From Nitrosospira multiformis ATCC 25196 (GTDB lineage Bacteria > Pseudomonadota > Gammaproteobacteria > Burkholderiales > Nitrosomonadaceae): DNA of 32,000 bases. The notes beneath the pieces are model-generated. The model was not told where the DNA came from. It saw only the letters and a program-made list of their open reading frames with translations, and did no database searches. The stretch covers positions 1,500,001 through 1,532,000 of the forward strand of contig NC_007614.1 of the NCBI RefSeq assembly GCF_000196355.1, in the 5' to 3' direction. Below, in pieces: positions 28,393 to 32,000 of this stretch (position 1 is its first letter; each line of letters starts with the position of its first letter). Made by a program: the position numbers and the translations under genes.

Positions 28393-30402
28393 ATGGCGAT
28401 TACCGCTGCCGGAGCAGGTTCGAACCTGGACGTAAATGGCATAGTTAGCCAGTTGATGGCGGCCGAACGTACGCCGCTTGCTTTGCTTCAGAAGCGCGAA
28501 TCCGACTACCAGGCAAAACTATCCGCTTATGGAACACTGAAAGGTGCCTTGTCTGCTTTCCAGACGGCAATGCAGGGACTGGCTGATCCTGCAAAATATA
28601 ATGCAGTGAGCGCGAGTGCGGCAGATAGCTCTCTGTTGACCGCAACCGGGAATAGCAATGGCAAGGCGGTGCCGGGTAGTTATTCGGTGGAAGTGCAGCA
28701 GCTTGCCCAGCAGCAGAAAATCCGTTCCGAAGGATTTGCCAGCACATCAAGCACCGTAGGCAGCGGAACTTTGACGATACAGTACGGCACTTATGATAAT
28801 GTGCTGAATACCTTTACTCTCAACAACGCGAAACCGGCGCAAACGATAACGATCGAACCCTCCAGCAACACGCTCTCCGGTGTGCGTGACGCTATCAACG
28901 CAGCCAATGCCGGGGTGAGTGCAACGATTGTGAATGACGGCGCCGGCAACAAACTTGTGCTGACCGCAAAGGATCCAGGAGCGGCGAGCAGCCTGAAGAT
29001 TACAGTCAGCGATGACGATGGGGGCAATCTCGACACAACCGGACTCTCCGCTCTTGCCTTCGACCCAACGGTCGGAGGGGGCTCCGGCAAGAATCTCATC
29101 CAGGTGCAGGCCGCGCAGGATGCGAAACTCCGGATCGACGGGATCGATATCGTCAAGTCCTCGAATACGATTACAGACGCAATTGAAGGCGTCACACTCA
29201 GCCTGCTCAAAACGAATGCAGGCAGTCCGACGACGCTGAATGTTTCACCGGACACCGCTGCTGCGAAGACAGCGGTGGAAGCATTCGTAAAGTCATACAA
29301 CAGCATCAATCAAACGCTTTCCAATCTCAGCGCCTATAACCCTGGAGCAAAGAAGGGCGCGATATTGCAGGGGGATTCCGCGGCGTTCTCTATTCAGCGC
29401 GGAATTCGATCGGCATTAACAGCCATGATGGGTGACAGTCGCGGCTTCACCTCCCTTTCCCAGATCGGTGTTACCTTGCAGAAAGACGGCAGCCTGGCGG
29501 TGGATTCCGCAAAGCTGCAGGCGTCGATGGATACTGGATTTGAACAGATCGGCAGGCTGTTTACGATAGGCGGCACCTCCACCGATAGTCTGATTTCGTA
29601 CGAAGGAGCCACGGATAAGACAGTGGCTGGAAATTATGCCGTTACGGTTACACAGCTCGCAACTCGAGGCAGCCTCAGCGGAAGCCAGGCAGCAGGGCTA
29701 ACGATAACGGCAGGAATCAACGATCAACTCAATTTTAATGTGGATGGGGTGGCAGCCAGTATTACGCTGGCCGACGGAATTTATGCTTCCGCGGATGCAT
29801 TGGCGGCCGAAGTGCAAAGCAAGCTGAATGGTCTCTCTGGCCTGACAACCGAAGGAATTTCAGTATCGGTTTCCCCGTCCGCCGGCGTATTGAGCATCGT
29901 GTCGTCGCGTTACGGCTCCGCCTCCAGCGTTATCCTCACGGGAGGTAATGGTGCGGGCAATCTGCTCGGTGCCAGTCCTGTGGGAGCCACCGGAATAGAT
30001 GTCGCAGGCTCCATCAATGGTGTTTCCGCTACAGGGTCGGGACAGATGCTGACTGCTGCTGGCGGGGGATCCGCCGAAGGTCTGCGCGTCGCCATCCACG
30101 GCGGCGCGCTCGGCACCCGGGGGACAATCGAGTTCTCGCGAGGTTACGCCGAGCGATTGAGTAAGGTTGCAGAAGAGTTTCTCGCCACTGAGGGAGTGAT
30201 TGCCACCCGGGTCGAGGGACTGAACGCCAGTATCAAGGATCTCGATCGGCGCCAGGAGGATTTTAGCCGTCGACTTGAAACCGTTGAGGCGCGTTACCGG
30301 GCACAGTTCTCTGCGCTTGATGCCATGCTGGGCAGCTTGACCCAGACGAGCCAGTTTCTTCAACAACAACTGGCCTCGCTGCCAACTCTCAACGAAAAAT
30401 AA
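28393..30402 (+). CDS. fliD: Flagellar cap protein FliD (HAP2)
   Basis: SNLDVNGIVSQLMAAERTPLALLQKRESDYQAKLSAYGTLKGALSAFQ...FSALDAMLGSLTQTSQFLQQQLASL. Confidence 0.96.
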   Translation: MAITAAGAGSNLDVNGIVSQLMAAERTPLALLQKRESDYQAKLSAYGTLKGALSAFQTAMQGLADPAKYNAVSASAADSSLLTATGNSNGKAVPGSYSVEVQQLAQQQKIRSEGFASTSSTVGSGTLTIQYGTYDNVLNTFTLNNAKPAQTITIEPSSNTLSGVRDAINAANAGVSATIVNDGAGNKLVLTAKDPGAASSLKITVSDDDGGNLDTTGLSALAFDPTVGGGSGKNLIQVQAAQDAKLRIDGIDIVKSSNTITDAIEGVTLSLLKTNAGSPTTLNVSPDTAAAKTAVEAFVKSYNSINQTLSNLSAYNPGAKKGAILQGDSAAFSIQRGIRSALTAMMGDSRGFTSLSQIGVTLQKDGSLAVDSAKLQASMDTGFEQIGRLFTIGGTSTDSLISYEGATDKTVAGNYAVTVTQLATRGSLSGSQAAGLTITAGINDQLNFNVDGVAASITLADGIYASADALAAEVQSKLNGLSGLTTEGISVSVSPSAGVLSIVSSRYGSASSVILTGGNGAGNLLGASPVGATGIDVAGSINGVSATGSGQMLTAAGGGSAEGLRVAIHGGALGTRGTIEFSRGYAERLSKVAEEFLATEGVIATRVEGLNASIKDLDRRQEDFSRRLETVEARYRAQFSALDAMLGSLTQTSQFLQQQLASLPTLNEK

Positions 30403-30417
30403 CGGAGGAGTAAATAT

Positions 30418-30882
30418 ATGTATTCAGTACCTCGCTGCGGTGTAAACGCATATGCCCGGGTTGGTCTTGAAACGGGTGTAATCGCCGCCAGTCCTCATAA
30501 ACTCGTCCTGATGCTGTTTGAGGGAGCGCGGATAGCATTGGCTTCGGCGCTTACCCATACGCGAAGCGGCCAGATAGCGGCCAGGGGCGAAGCGATTTCC
30601 AAAGCCATTGCAATCATCAACTCCGGCTTGCAAGCCAGCCTGGACATCAAAGCGGGAGGAGAGCTCGCCCAGCAATTGAATGCGCTTTATGAGTACATGG
30701 GACGCCGGCTGTTACAGGCTAATGTTCATGACAAACCGGAATATATCGAAGAGGTAAGTGGTCTTCTTGGCGAACTGCACGAGGCATGGGAAGCGATCGG
30801 CTCGTTCACGCAGTCAGGTGGAGAGGGAGAGATGATTTCATCCGTCACTCATGACGGCATTGCCAATCTGAAAAAAGCGTAA
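30418..30882 (+). CDS. fliS: Flagellar export chaperone FliS
   Basis: GVNAYARVGLETGVIAASPHKLVLMLFEGARIALASALTHTRSGQIAARGEAISKAIAIINSGLQASLDIKAGGELAQQLNALYEYMGRRLLQAN. Confidence 0.96.
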   Translation: MYSVPRCGVNAYARVGLETGVIAASPHKLVLMLFEGARIALASALTHTRSGQIAARGEAISKAIAIINSGLQASLDIKAGGELAQQLNALYEYMGRRLLQANVHDKPEYIEEVSGLLGELHEAWEAIGSFTQSGGEGEMISSVTHDGIANLKKA

Positions 30883-31223
30883 TGATGATGACAAGTGCAG
30901 AAAACCTTGCTGTGTTTCAGTCTCTTTCCGACCTTACCGGAGAAATGAGAGAGGCTGCCCAGGGGAGTGAGTGGGATCGGCTTGCGGGATTGGAACGACG
31001 CTGCGCAGCCTTGGTGGCGCAACTCGAGAGCGCGGAGGCGGTGCGGCTTCCCCAGGATATGCAACGGCAGAAAGTTGAGCTGATTCACAAGATTCTGGCC
31101 GATGACGCAGCCATACGCGAGTACACGGAACCCTGGATAAGACAGGTTCAAGCTCTGCTGGGTACTGCCAGCCGCTCGCGGTGCGTGCGTCAGGCCTATG
31201 AGTCGGGGGCGTGGAATTTCTGA
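30882..31223 (+). CDS. fliT: FliT-like flagellar chaperone (short helical protein)
   Basis: 113 aa directly after fliS with stop/start overlap (taATG); helical composition (LAGLERRCAALVAQLESAEAV...ILADDAAIREYTEPWIRQVQALL). Confidence 0.72.
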   Translation: MMMTSAENLAVFQSLSDLTGEMREAAQGSEWDRLAGLERRCAALVAQLESAEAVRLPQDMQRQKVELIHKILADDAAIREYTEPWIRQVQALLGTASRSRCVRQAYESGAWNF

Positions 31224-31539
31224 GCGGGAATTCCGGGAGCGCGCTCTCGTAGCACCGTCAAAATGTGCAGGTCAGGGAATCCGGTTTAATCCCCAGCTTA
31301 ACCCTTTGGCAGGGTTCAGGATCAGGGCGAGCGGGGAAAAACGACTTAGGGCGAGCGGGGAGGCGAAGGATTCGGGAGGAGTTCCTCATGGGGAGGGCAA
31401 GTTTCATTCCAGGTTTTCCCAATCACGAGACACGGGAAGAGGGGTCCGAGGGCAGATCCCATTCGATGGGTACAGATAGGCCTGTTTAATTCGTCCAGAC
31501 CCCTGGCAGTGGATCAACCCCAGAACAGGAGAATTCGAT

Positions 31540-32000
31540 CTGCGTGCAGTCGACTCAATCGCGGCAATAACTTCAATCCGTCCGGTTCAATCCTCACTTC
31601 AAAGAAGTGAGGATTTTACTTCGTTCCTCGCCGGACTGGAGCCTGGGCGTTCTTTGAGAGCGCAGGTGCAAGCTCTGCTTCCCAATAATGAATTCGTCGT
31701 AATGCTGTATGGCCGGGAGGAGCAGGATGGGCAGGTGTTACAGATGAAATTGCCCCGGAGTGCGCACTTGGGCGAAACATTCAATCTGATTTTCCTGTCC
31801 CGCGCGCCAAAGCCGACGTTCGGACTCGTGCTCGGCTCTCAAGCAGTGGCTCCTCAATTGAGTGAGACCGGACGTTTCATCAGCACCCTGCTCCAGCAGC
31901 CGCTTCCACTTCCTTCTGTCAGTCGATCGATGCAGTCGGATGTGGCGCCATTGCTGCCCGCGCCACCACGCGAGGGTGCGCCGGGACAGCATACGCAACT
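31540..32000 (+). CDS. fliK: FliK-like flagellar hook-length control protein, N-terminal part; 3' truncated by window edge; probable CTG start
   Basis: My own translation of the frame starting CTG CGT GCA is open to the window end: LRAVDSIAAITSIRPVQSSLQRSEDFTSFLAGLEPGRSLRAQVQALLPNNEFVVMLYGREEQDGQVLQMKLPRSAHLGETFNLIFLSRAPKPTFGLVLG. This resembles FliK N-terminal regions; preceded by AGGAGA. Absent from the supplied ORF track. Confidence 0.6.
   Translation, partial: MRAVDSIAAITSIRPVQSSLQRSEDFTSFLAGLEPGRSLRAQVQALLPNNEFVVMLYGREEQDGQVLQMKLPRSAHLGETFNLIFLSRAPKPTFGLVLGSQAVAPQLSETGRFISTLLQQPLPLPSVSRSMQSDVAPLLPAPPREGAPGQHTQ

Noticed and set aside
1-32000. Search for defence systems, CRISPR arrays, retrons, prophage or toxin-antitoxin modules
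   Set aside because: Nothing matching these classes was visible; apart from the single IS element and the kinase duplication the window is a conventional flagellar locus.

Overview
The window is an almost complete bacterial flagellar locus. It has the organisation seen in Betaproteobacteria; assignment to a Nitrosospira-like ammonia oxidiser is only my inference. Order: flhB (3' part)-flhA-flhF-flhG-fliA-motC-small basic ORF-motD on +; flgN/flgM/flgA on -; an 843-bp two-ORF IS5-type insertion sequence in the flgA/flgB divergent region; flgBCDEFGHIJ, flgKL, an EAL-like/HDOD gene, a thioredoxin-like gene, a PAS histidine kinase/NarL-type response regulator pair, fliC, flaG, fliD, fliS, fliT and the start of a fliK-like ORF running off the 3' end. 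I see no clearly novel multigene system. The observations most worth follow-up are: (1) a perfect 212-bp tandem duplication (24801-25012 = 25013-25224) that frameshifts the histidine kinase into two overlapping ORFs and is potentially reversible; (2) a 12-bp perfect hairpin ending 7 nt before the motD start codon, next to a small arginine-rich ORF with repeated ERR motifs; (3) the IS copy between the divergent flagellar operons, with a canonical A_AAA_AAG slippery heptamer; (4) two well-spaced sigma-28-like promoters, upstream of flgK and fliC; (5) an FlhG lacking the Walker A lysines; (6) a fliK-like ORF that appears to use a non-ATG (CTG) start.
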